From contig NIVC01000446.1 in assembly GCA_002269645.1 (NCBI GenBank), forward strand, positions 434,001 to 498,000: DNA of 64,000 bases. Direction: 5' to 3'. Below the pieces are notes generated by a model, which searched no databases, was not told where the DNA came from, and saw nothing but the letters and a program-made list of their open reading frames with translations. This document shows, one piece after another, positions 1 to 10,630 of this stretch. The position numbers and the translations under genes were made by a program. This stretch comes from Macrostomum lignano. Lineage: Eukaryota. Numbering within the stretch: the first letter of the stretch is position 1; each line of letters opens with the position of its first letter.

Positions 1-13
1 GGTCAGTACAGCT

Positions 14-839
14 ATGGCGAATTCTAGCGAAAACAGCAGCTGCTCTGACAGCCTCCAGCTAGACAGGTGGTCATTGGCCACCGCGCTTGCATTGGGAGCG
101 ATCTCGTTTGCCACTGTCTTCGGCAACTCCTTGGTACTTCTCGCTGTCCTGCTGCACACATCGCTGCGCTCTACCACCGTCATCTTTGTCTCTAACCTGG
201 CCGTTGCTGACCTGTTGCTAGGGGTCTGCGTTCTGCCTCTGAGCAGCGTGCTGGAAATTACCCACGGCTGCTGGCTGTTCGGGCCGCTGCTCTGCGACCT
301 GTGGGCCTCAATTGACGTGCTGTGCTGCACCGCCAGCATCATGTCGCTGTGCGCCATCTCAATGGATCGCTACGTCGGAGTGACCCGGCCGCTGCAGAGG
401 GGCCGTATTGTCAGCAAGCGGCGGGCCTGCGTCATTGTCCTGTGCGTCTGGTTGCTGTCAGGCCTCGTGTCAGTCGGCCCGCTTATTGGCTGGCGAGACC
501 AGCAGCAGCAGCAGGCAGCAGACGGCGATCACCAGCAGTGCGCGGTGTCCGACAATCCGTCCTACATTATGTTCTCCTCGCTGTTCTCGTTCTATCTGCC
601 GCTTGGCATTGTCGTGTTCTTCTACATCCGGGTCTACCAGGCGGCGGCGCGCCAGACTCGCTTCCTCGCCTCCGGGGTCAAGACGACTCGAGCGACCGGC
701 CACGGTTCCTCCAATGCCTCGCATGCCACTGCGTCTGACACCGTCACGCTGCGGGTACATCGCGGCGGCGCCGGAGCTGGTGGCGGCCGCGGCGGTCCAT
801 CGGGTGACCTGCAGTTCAGCTCGCGACTGCTCGCAGCAG
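14..839 (+). CDS. Biogenic amine GPCR (alpha1-adrenergic/octopamine-alpha-like), exon 1 (TM1-TM5, ICL3)
   Basis: Class A motifs GNSLV (TM1), SNLAVADL (TM2), DVLCCTASIMSLCAISMDRY (TM3 Asp + DRY), FSSLFSFYLP (TM5 serines), VTLRVHR in ICL3. Donor GCAG|GTGAAG at 840, phase 1. ATG at 14 is near the window edge, so an upstream extension cannot be excluded. Confidence 0.93.
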
Positions 840-1081
840 GTGAAGATTTTGGCTGTAAAATGCATTACCGAGATTAGGAAGCTTTCAGGTTTTTTTAGCA
901 CTTTTTCTAAGCAAGAATTCGCTGTCTTGCACAGCGCTGAATGGGCTTTGGCTATAGACAATCTCGGTTTAGAAACAATACAGCAAGACAGTAACAACTG
1001 AAATTTTGCTTGCTTGCGTTGTCTTGTAGCATTTAAAAATTAATTGAACTCTCAATAGACAATCGTCTCTATACCTCATAC

Positions 1082-1390
1082 TGGCGCCCCTGGTGCTGGA
1101 ACCCCTGGTGCTAAAGCCCCTGGTGCTAAAGCCCCCTGTTGCTAAAGCCCCTGTTGCTAAAGCCCCTGGTGCTAAAGCCCCCTTTTGCTAAAGCCCCTGT
1201 TGCTAAAGCCCCTGGTGCTAAAGCCCCTGGTGCTAAAGCCCCCTGTTGCTAAAGCCCCTGTTGCTAAAGCCCCTGTTGCTAAAGCCCCTGTTGCTAAAGC
1301 CCCTGGTGCTAAAGCCCCCTGTTGCTAAAGCCCCTGTTGCTAAAGCCCCTGGTGCAAAAGCCCCTGTGCAAAAGCCTTTGGTGCTGGCGC
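1082..1390 (+). repeat. 15-bp minisatellite (GCTAAAGCCCCTG(G/T)T)
   Basis: About 20 tandem units, bounded by GGCGCC. Confidence 0.92.
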
Positions 1391-2054
1391 CGAGTTTCAT
1401 TTATAGCTACGAGAAACAGTCAGCTTACAAGTAAAAAGCAGTCCCAATTCAAGTCTATGCAGAAATGTGACGTCATTCTCCTACGTATAGAACCTATGCG
1501 ACAGGGACTACTAAAACATCGGGACGGGAAACAAGGCAAATCATGGCGAAGTTTTTACGAGGCTGGTTAAATCTATGGCCGCGTCAATGCAGCAGTAGCT
1601 ATTTCAATATTTTAATAAATATTATACTTTATTATATCTGTGAATTTTTATATTCAGGTGCTTCTATGAACTGTGTATATTTATTTGAAAGTTCATTGGA
1701 AAAATATTTCATAAAACATATAAGGTAACATTGAGGGCTATTTGTAAGGGCCGTTAATAGTGAATGTCTGCACTCTCGTTGCACAAACGGGTGAGTGGGC
1801 AGTTAAGCGTCGCTCCCCCTCAACCGAGTACATGCCAACAACACAAGCAGAAAAATCTGGCTAGTCCTATCCGTCGTCACCATTCTCATGGGCAGTAGTT
1901 AACCGGTTAATTACTGGGTTAACCGCCTCCTGTCGTCGTCGCTAACTTTGGCGTTGACTCGCGGACCTGCCATACAGAACGTAATACGACTTGGCAAACT
2001 GATTAGCTACTGTATTACGGTTAACTGAGAAAATTTCAATGTTTGCTATGAAAT

Positions 2055-2086
2055 CAGGGACTACTCAAACACCTAAGTAGTCCCTG
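2055..2086. mobile_element. 32-bp mini element made of two TIR tips of the outer element
   Basis: CAGGGACTACT-CAAACACCTA-AGTAGTCCCTG; flanks TATGAAAT / AATGCAAT match 6/8. Confidence 0.55.
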
Positions 2087-2242
2087 AATGCAATGTAATG
2101 TAATCTGTCACTTTTGAATACCCTCTGTCAAAATTGCTTGCGAATTGTTAATAAAGGTTGAAGTTTGTCATTTTTGGTTAAAAATCGTCTTTATTGCATT
2201 TGAGTTTGTCAAAATAGGTTGAACATTTCAACGAGGGGTATC

Positions 2243-3130
2243 CATGGATGAATAATATAACTGGATCGCCAGAAGCTCGATTTTTTTGGTCCTAGCCATA
2301 GACAAGCACCAGCATCACAAGAAGCTCAGAATGCCGTACTTTCACACATAGACAAATAGCCGCTGCAGAAGCTGCAAACCTTTATTTATAAGTATACTTA
2401 TAAGCTCCTTTAGGAATGTGAGAGCGTCAGCGACGGACGAACTGATTGTCTGTGCAGCCAAGCAGACCTTCATCTTGTGTCGCTGCCACAATTCAATGCA
2501 TTTCTTTGTCAGCCGATTTCCGATTCGAACCCCCTCAGCTTCTTGCAGATTGTGCGATAGTTCCAGATAGTGCCAGTTGATGATGCGATCGTGAACAACG
2601 AATACTCCCAAATCGGCCAGCGAATTGCGCACCAACTTTATCAAATGACTGTTGTCAATGAATGCGAATATGCGATCTGGTTGCAAACAGATTTGGAAAT
2701 AAGGACTAGACGGCAGCTCAGCTCCAAGTTTCCTGTACGTCGCAAGGTTCGCAGAGCAACGAATTTGAAATGTGGCTTTGCTTCCACATTGCTGTTCCAC
2801 TGCGCTAGTCGATACGGATCACCGATTGGATAAGAAAAAAAGGTGACAGGTTTCGTGCCTTGTTCACTTTTGGATAGGCATCCGATTGCAGCACAAATTC
2901 TGACGTCCTTATTCATCTCGCGGAGCCATCTTTTGCCGCCCTGCATATATTGCGAGCATGTGCTTGGACATAAAATAGAATACTTATAAATAAAGGTTTG
3001 CAGCTCCTGCAGCGGCTATTTGTCTGTGTGAAAGTACGGCATTCTGAGCTTCTTGTGATGCTGGTGCTTGTCTATGGCTAGGACCAAGAAAATCGAGCTT
3101 CTGGCGATCCAGTTATATTATTCATTCATG
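2243..3130 (-). mobile_element. Internally deleted P element (THAP9-type), inner element
   Basis: ~155-bp TIRs starting CATG(G/A)ATGAATAATATAACTGG; TSD GGGGTATC / GGGATATC (7/8); encloses transposase fragments. Confidence 0.88.
2400..2916 (-). pseudogene. P-element/THAP9 transposase remnant
   Basis: THAP-like start ICAAIGC...VTFFSYP...RLAQW, then a frameshift/deletion into core motifs DNSHLIKLVRN, LQEAEGVRIGNRL, KMKVCLAAQTISSSVADAL. Confidence 0.85.
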
Positions 3131-3653
3131 GGGATATCACAGACTGTCAAAATTGAATGCAAAGATGTCAATATTGAGTGCAGATTTTGCAAAATAGAAA
3201 GTAAAAAGGTGTAGACTGCAGTCGAAATAGCGGTGTCACAAGCTTCAAGTAATAGAAGATAACCATAGACAACAAAGTATCGCTCTATACAAATAAGCCA
3301 GCCAGCCTCGTCAGCTGCTAACAAACCAGCATCGTAAAAACTTCGCCATGATTTGCCTAGTTTCCCGTCCCGATGTTTGAGTAGTCCCTGGTAAGCGATA
3401 TTTCTCCAGTTTATTGAAGATTTATCGGCTTTTGTTACGGAATTGGCCGACCTGTCAATCTAAACTTTCTCGAATTTCTTTCTGGGAATTCTCACAATTT
3501 TACTCAACCGGAAATTGCAAATCAGCCGCGTGATCCAGTAGCTGTGTTATTTTTCTAGGAATGTTCTACAGGCATTTCTAGGAAAAAATTTAATAAAGAA
3601 AAACAAAATCGGGACTGAGCCAACATAAAAGGTGTCTCAGCCTTTATTGGGTG

Positions 3654-4770
3654 TGTCTGAGCCATCAGATTGTGTCTGAGCCTCTGAGCCACCAGATTGT
3701 GTCTGAGCCTCTGAGCCATCAGAGATTGTGTCTGAGCAATCATAGATTGTGTCTGAGCCATCATAGATTGTGTCTGAGCCATCAGAGATTGTGTCTGAGC
3801 CATCATAGATTGTGTCTGAGCCATCAGATTGTGTCTGAGCCTCTGAGCCACCAGATTGTGTCTGAGCCTCTGAGCCATCAGAGATTGTGTCTGAGCAATC
3901 ATAGATTGTGTCTGAGCCATCATAGATTGTGTCTGAGCCATCAGAGATTGTGTCTGAGCCATCATAGATTGTGTCTGAGCCATCAGAGATTTGTGTCTGA
4001 GCCATCAGATTGTGTCTGAGCCTCTGAGCCATCAGAGATTTGTGTCTGAGCCACCAGATTGTGTCTGAGCCTCTGAGCCATCAGAGATTGTGTCTGAGCA
4101 ATCATAGATTGTGTCTGAGCCATCATAGATTGTGTCTGAGCCATCAGAGATTGTGTCTGAGCCATCATAGTGTCTGAGCCATCATAGATTGTGTCTGAGC
4201 CATCAGAGATTGTGTCTGAGCCATCAGAGATTGTGTCTGAGACATCATAGATTGTGTCTGAGCCATCATAGATTGTGTCTGAGCCATCAGAGATGTGTCT
4301 GAGCAATCATAGATTGTGTCTGAGCTATCATAGATTGTGTCTGAGCTATCATAGATTGTGTCTGAGCCATCATAGATTGTGTCTGAGCCATCAGAGATTG
4401 TGTCTGAGCCATCATAGATTGTGTCTGAGCAATCATAGATTGTGTCTGAGCCATCATAGATTGTGTCTGAGCCATCATAGATTGTGTCTGAGCCATCATA
4501 GATTGTGTCTGAGCCATCAGAGATTGTGTCTGAGCCATCAGAGATTGTGTCTGAGCCATCAGAGATTGTGTCTGAGCCATCATAGATGTGTCTGAGCAAT
4601 CATAGATTGTGTCTGAGCCATCATAGATGTGTCTGAGCAATCATAGATTGTGTCTGAGCCATCAGAGATTGTGTCTGAGCCATCATAGATTGTGTCTGAG
4701 CCATCACAAGAGATTGTGTCTGAGCCATCATAGATTGTGTCTGAGCCATCATAGATTGTGTCTGAGCCCA
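3654..4770 (+). repeat. ~21-bp minisatellite (TGTGTCTGAGCCATCATAGAT)
   Basis: Tandem units with length variants. Confidence 0.95.
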
Positions 4771-5601
4771 TGTAATTCGGGGCTGAGCCATCAGCTGAAA
4801 CACGCAGCGGCTTTGAGTCTGACTTAATTAAAAAAGGCACTTTATCCAAGCAGTCCAAAAGAAAAATTACCCTCAGGATTAGTCTTCGGTCTCGGCCGGG
4901 GAGCCGCACAGTTGACACCGAAAAAATGAAAAATTCTGAAAGAAGAACGGAGCAGCAAATGCGGACTGGGAAATCTCCCTCTTGCCTGAGTCTCTGCGGA
5001 TTACGAAGCTGGGGAAATTTCTCAACCTTAATCCTTAATCTAGGCAACTACCAGCGCGCGATCCGGCACCCGCGGGTTCTTCTCCTGCTCTATATGTGTA
5101 GGAAGCTTATCATTGCTGGGAAGAAAAGCAATTTCTCTAAAAATAAGAAGGGGAAAAAGCAAAGACAGATGCGTCTCGTAGCTTGTGGGCGTCTCCGCAG
5201 CGTTTATTATTGCCAAAAAGCAAACTACCTACAGACTCTAAGATGCGAGCCCCGTTCCGTTAGTTACTGCTGGTTCCTTTGTTTGCTTAGCGATTTGACA
5301 CGCTCAAAGCTGCAGCAGTTTGTGTGCAAGATTGTAATATAAGCCGGCCGACAAGCAGCTTGGCTTTGCTTCACAACCCCCCCCCACAGTGGACGTGTCA
5401 TACATATGTGACTGTCTGCAGGAGGAAGTCTAAGTCCAGTGAGTTGAGCATCATAGACAGCTGGAGCAGAAAGGCGCTATGCCACTCGCGAATCGCGAGA
5501 TGCTTAATAGGAAGGTTTATTCTGAAGCGAGAGTTTAAGTTAATGGCCAAGGTTAATGGAGAGATAGTCTGAGTCGTAGCTCCAAGTCGTTAGCGCACGA
5601 G

Positions 5602-5810
5602 TGTCTATGGCATTATTGCAAGATCAAGCCGTGCATCTATCACATTGCCGACTGGTCTATGGCCTGAAATTGCCTGACTGTCTATGGCATTATTGCAAGA
5701 TCAAGCCGTGCATCTATCACATTGCCGACTGGTCTATGGCCTGACATTGCCTGACTGTCTATGGCATTATTGCGAGATCAAGCCGTGCATCTATCACATT
5801 GCCGACTGAT
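5602..5810 (+). repeat. 77-bp tandem repeat, ~2.7 copies
   Basis: TGTCTATGG recurs at 5602, 5679 and 5756. Confidence 0.9.
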
Positions 5811-6647
5811 AGAGCCAACTGTGGAGAAGACTTCAATTTTACCATAAACTAAAAGATGAATTATCTTGCATTAATGCGCTATTGTCTGCGCACTGATTGA
5901 TCTGCCAAGTATTTTTATGTACTCGTAAGAGTATTTAAACGTCTATGGTAGAAACCATGATCTGCATTCACTTGTTGGGCATACCATTTGGCAATGGCAA
6001 TTCGGCCGGGTCGATGAGAATTGCCTGCAGACGAATTTCCCGCCGAGGTTCACCCGCAATGATTTTTACTTCCCAATTCACCCCCAATGCTTAGTAAGTG
6101 AAAGTCTTAATAAAGATATTTACCCGATCAAAATGCTTCGATGGTAACTGCATATTAAATGCTTACTTTTCTTGTAGGTTTTCATTTTTTATACACATGC
6201 AAGGGTACATCTGTGAGTGAATACTTCATAATTCATGCAATATGCCATGTAGCTTTATCCTCTAAATCTCTTAAGCTGCAAATGTTTTAGGATAATACAT
6301 TAGAGCTGTTAAATAATACATGTAATTATTTGATGCAAAAAGACTTGCAACTAATTCTGGGCTCGATTTGAGATCACTTTAGTAAATTTGAGTCAGTAAT
6401 GAACAGTTGAATGCTGGATCTCTACAACAAGTAGCTTAGTTTAGCTTTGTTATAAAGAAGTAAGACTATAATGAGAGCCTGCTGTTTTTGTGCCCCATCG
6501 GATCGATAAGCAGTGTTAGTTCTCAAGCTTTTTTCAAAGTCTTTTGCATGGTTCAAAGTCATTTTCTGGAAATATAACTCATCATCATTATTGACTTTTG
6601 AGGTCGTTTGGGCACAGTATAGCGTGCTCGGCAGATTAGTGGTTAAC

Positions 6648-7106
6648 TTAGGGACTAGATTAGGATTTAGATGAAGATTTAGGTTAGGAAATTAGGTTAA
6701 GGATTTAGGTTATAATTTAGGTTAGGATTTGGGGTGTGATTTAGGATAGAGTTTTTAGTTAAGTGTTAAAGCTAATATTTAGGTTAGGGCTTAGATGAAG
6801 ATGAAGATTTGAGTTACGAAATTCGGTTAGGTTAGGGATTTAGGTTAGGGATTTAGGTTAGCATTTAGGTTAGGATTTAGGTTAGGGCTTATCGATGTTT
6901 AAACTAAAATTTAGGTTAGGGTTTAGATGAAGATTTAGGTTAGGGTTTAGATGAAGATTTAGGTTAGGGTTTAGATGAAGATTTAGGTTAGGAATTTAGG
7001 TTAGGATTTAGGTTAGGGTTCACCGGTTTAGCTTAGGTTTTAGGTTGAAATTTAGGTTAGGATTTAGATTGAGGTTTAGGTTGGGGTTTAGGTTAGGGTT
7101 ATAGGG
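6648..7106 (+). repeat. Degenerate interstitial telomere-like tract
   Basis: TTAGGG/TTAGG/TTAGGA variants interleaved with GATGAAGATTTAGGTTAGGGTTTA. Confidence 0.75.
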
Positions 7107-7477
7107 TCGGCAGTCAATTACTGCAGTCAAGTGTGTCAGATGCTTTTTAAGCCTCAAGAAATTTTCCATCTTTTAGTAACACTCTAAAAAAAATAATTGA
7201 TTTCAGAAAGAATGCAGTCCGACATAATGACAGTACGGGCTGTGCTGCATAGTGAGTCATCAGGACCGCTCATGAATATTCTACCATGCAAGCTTTATCT
7301 TAGAATTACTGATGGTCTATTGATAGCATGGCTTCTAGCTTTGATGCAGTTCACTTCGAATGCTAAATGAATTGCACTTTTCACAAATTTTACTTTGACT
7401 TGGTATTTGGCTATTTAGATTTAATTACTTTTTAATTTGCTATTAGTCTGCTTTATTACTGCTCTTTGTAGCTCTTA

Positions 7478-7790
7478 GCATCGTGGTTGTAGCCTAGTGG
7501 TTAAGATCTAGAGCGTCGGACTCACGACTGAAAGGTCGGAGGTTCGATTCTCGACCCAATCGGACGATAACTTGCGTCCTTGAGCAAGACACTTATAACT
7601 CTGCATTGCTTCAGTTCACCCAGCTGTAAAATGGGTGCCAGCATTAGCTGGGGTAATTGAGGCTGTGTTTGGCGACCCCCAGTCTTTGTTGATTGAACAG
7701 CCGTACACAGCTTTCAGATGCACCGCGCAATAGCTGCGGCTGAGCTGTCGGTTGCACATCTGCTCATTAGGGCAGGTGTAACCAATTATT
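7478..7790 (+). mobile_element. tRNA-derived SINE with CORE-like domain, copy 1
   Basis: A box TAGCCTAGTGG, B box GGTTCGATTC, then CCTTGAGCAAGACACTT...CTTCAGTTCACCCAGCTGTAAAATGGG; AT-rich tail; second copy at 23361. Confidence 0.8.
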
Positions 7791-8009
7791 AATATTATTT
7801 TAGTAGTATGCTTTTTATTACTATGAGTATATAGCCTGTGTTATATAAGAGCGTACAGCTTGAAGAACACAATACACGAATCATAACATTTATTTGAATT
7901 TATCCAGATCTAACGGTGACAGTGTTTTCGCCACTTCTAGTCCTTAATTAAACCCTTTGTGCTTACTTAAGCTGGTTTGGTTTATCTAGAAGCGATGGAT
8001 GCCCACTGG

Positions 8010-8500
8010 CTGGAGGTAGTTGGGGCAGGCCAGATGGGTGTTGGGGCAGGCCGAAGGGGTGTGGTTGGGCAGGCCGGAGGGGTGTTGGGGCAGGCCGGAG
8101 GGGTGTTGGGGCAGGCCGGAGGGGTGTTGGGGCAGGCCGGAGGGGTGTGGTTGGGGCAGGCCAGAGGGGTGTTGGGGCAGGCCGGAGGGGTGTTGGGGCA
8201 GGCCGGATGGGTGTTGGGGCAGGCCAGAGGGGTGTTGGGGCAGGCCGGAGGGGTGTTGGGGCAGGCCGGATGGGTGTTGGGGCAGGCCAGAGGGGTGTTG
8301 GGGCAGGCCGAAGGGGTGTGGTTGGGCAGGCCGGAGGGGTGTTGGGGCAGGCCGAAGGGGTGTGGTTGGGCAGGCCGGAGGGGTGTTGGGGCAGGCCGGA
8401 GGGGTGTTGGGGCAGGCCGGAGGGGTGTGGTTGGGGCAGGCCGGAGGGGTGTTGGGGCAGGCCGGAGGGGTGTTGGGGCAGGCCGGAGGGATGTTATGGC
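8010..8500 (+). repeat. G-rich 21-bp minisatellite (GGGGCAGGCCGGAGGGGTGTT)
   Basis: Tandem G-run units upstream of GPCR exon 2. Confidence 0.93.
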
Positions 8501-8706
8501 AGGCCTAGCGACTCGCGATTACTTATGGGGTTCCAATACTAACTTTAAGGAATTCTATTGGCTGAGAAAGCATGGCCTAACCCAATACGCCTCTGAGGCC
8601 TTCGCTCGCTGATTGGCCAGCCAATCAGGGACGTGGGTCAGACCGAGAAATCTTATTAGTCAATTAACTACGTGATTCATCTTATTCACAAATTCATGAA
8701 TTTCAG

Positions 8707-8814
8707 GCAAGCTGGCCAGATTTCGACGCGAGAAAAAAGCAGCAAAAACGCTCGGCATAGTTGTCGGCGTCTTCATTGTCTGCTGGCTGCCGTTCTTTTT
8801 CCTCTATCCGTTCA
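8707..8814 (+). CDS. GPCR exon 2 (end of ICL3, TM6)
   Basis: TTTCAG acceptor; reads (G)[35 protein letters not shown]; GTGAGT donor at 8815; phase 1 at both ends. Not in the ORF track. Confidence 0.95.
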
Positions 8815-8974
8815 GTGAGTTGGGTGAATCAAAGCTCAGTAGAGACCTCCTCGTACAATATTATTTTCAGTATGCAGATTTGCATATACTGACTTGACGT
8901 AAAGTGCATACTTGTAATAATGTGTGGTGTTTAGTGCGTCTTTTAGTGCCACAGGTGAGATGTTAGTGCTACAG

Positions 8975-9247
8975 GGGTGGGGTGGGGTAGGGTAGGCTGG
9001 AGGGGGTGGGGCAGGCTGGAGGGGGTGGGGCAGGCTGGAGGGGGTGGGGCAGGCTGGAGGGGGTGGGGCAGGCTGGAGGGGGTGGGGCAGGCTGGAGGGG
9101 GTGGGGCAGGCTGGAGGGGGTGGGGCAGGCTGGAGGGGGTTGGGGTAGGCTGGAGGGGGTGGGGCAGGCTGGAGGGCGGTGGGGCAGGCTGGAGGGGTTG
9201 GGGCAGGCTGGAGGGGGTGGGGCAGGCTGGAGGGGGTGGGGCAGGCC
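8975..9247 (+). repeat. G-rich 19-bp minisatellite (GGGGCAGGCTGGAGGGGGT)
   Basis: Related unit, downstream of GPCR exon 2. Confidence 0.93.
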
Positions 9248-9330
9248 GCGGTGCCAGCTGATTGATTGTAAGGGCAGGCAGGCACAGTCAATCGCTCCAG
9301 CAACTTGCATTCCCCTCCTCTCCCATCTAG

Positions 9331-9590
9331 AATGGATCTTCTGCAAGTCCTGTGCCATTCCCGAGCTGGCATTCAAGGTGGCCTTCTGGCTGGGCTACTG
9401 CAACTCGCTCTGCAATCCGGTCATCTACGCCTGCTGGAACCGCGACTTCCGTCGGGCATTCGGTCGCATCCTCACCTGTCAGGTGCGACGTGCCAATCGT
9501 GCGGGGGCACAGACCCGTGCGACAGCTGCAACCGGAGCCAGGAGTCAGCAGAAGCCGCTGCTTCTGAATAACTTGTCTGAGTTGCACTGA
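9331..9590 (+). CDS. GPCR exon 3 (ECL3, TM7, helix 8, C-tail)
   Basis: Pyrimidine tract + TCTAG acceptor; reads [43 protein letters not shown]; TGA at 9588-9590. Spliced CDS is 1194 nt (397 aa). Confidence 0.95.
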
Positions 9591-9694
9591 GCACAGGCAG
9601 GAAGTAGACTGCAGAGAATGCTAATTGGAGGGGGTCGGAAACTGAAAGGGCACCAATATTTGATGTCTTGGTTGGTGCCCCTGTCTCTTAGTGA

Positions 9695-10630
9695 GCGCCC
9701 CTGTGTCTTAATTGGTGGGCGCCCCTGTGTCTTAATTGATGGGCGCCCCTGTGTCTTAATTGTTGGGCGCCCTTGTGTCTTAATTGGTGGGCGCCCCTGT
9801 GTCTTAATTGGTGGGCGCCCCTGTGTCTTAATTGTTGGGCGCCCCTGTGTCTTAATTGGTGGGCGCCCCTGTGTCTTAATTGGTGGGCGCCCCTGTGTCT
9901 TAATTGTTGGGCGCCCCTGTGTCTTAATTGGTGGGCGCCCCTGTGTCTTAATTGGTGGGCGCCCCTGTGTCTTAATTGGTGGGCGCCCCTGTGTCTTAAT
10001 TGTTGGGCGCCCCTGTGTCTTAATTGGTGGGCGCCCCTGTGTCTTAATTGGTGGGCGCCCCTGTGTCTTAATTGTTGGGCGCCCCTGTGTCTTAATTGGT
10101 GGGCGCCCCTGTGTCTTAATTGGTGGGCGCCCCTGTGTCTTAATTGTTGGGCGCCCCTGTCTCTTAATTGGTGGGCGCCCCTGTGTCTTAATTGTTGGGC
10201 GCCCCTGTCTCTTAATTGTTGGGCGCCCCTGTGTCTTAATTGGTGGGCGCCCCTGTCTCTTAATTGGTGGGCGCCCCTGCTGTCTCTTAATTGGTGGGCG
10301 CCCCTGCTGTCTCTTGGTGGGCGCCCCTGTGTCTTAATTGGTGGGCGCCCCTATCGATCTTTTGGTGGGCGCCCCTGTGTCTTAATTGGTGGGCGCCCCT
10401 GTCTCTTGGTGGGCGCCCCTGTCTCTTGGTGGGCGCCCCTGTCTTTTGGTGGGCGCCCCTGTCTCTTGGTGGGCGCCCCTGTCTCTTGGTGGGCGCCCCT
10501 GTCTTTTGGTGGGCGCCCCTGTCTCTTGGTGGGCGCCCCTGTCTCTTGGTGGGCGCCCCTGTCTCTTGGTGGGCGCCCCTGTCTCTTGGTGGGCGCCCCT
10601 GTCTCTTGGTGGGCGCCCCTGTCTCTTGGT
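9695..10630 (+). repeat. 24-bp then 20-bp GGGCGCCC minisatellite
   Basis: GGGCGCCCCTGTGTCTTAATTGGT grading into GGGCGCCCCTGTCTCTTGGT, just after the GPCR stop. Confidence 0.95.

Larger units (their letters stand above)
1502..3390. mobile_element. Non-autonomous DNA transposon (P-like), outer element
   Basis: ~67-bp TIRs (CAGGGACTACT(A/C)AAACATCGGGACGGGAAAC...) at 1502-1568 and 3324-3390; flanks CTATGCGA / GTAAGCGA match 6/8, consistent with a decayed 8-bp TSD. Confidence 0.75.

Noticed and set aside
840-877. ORF-track C-terminus EDFGCKMHYRD of the GPCR
   Set aside because: Read-through into intron 1; TM6-7 are supplied by exons at 8707 and 9331.
4926-5572. ORFs of 138 and 82 aa in GPCR intron 1
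   Set aside because: No recognisable domain or splice context.
7478-7560. Possible tRNA gene
   Set aside because: A and B boxes are present but stems pair poorly, and the sequence continues into a shared SINE body in both copies.
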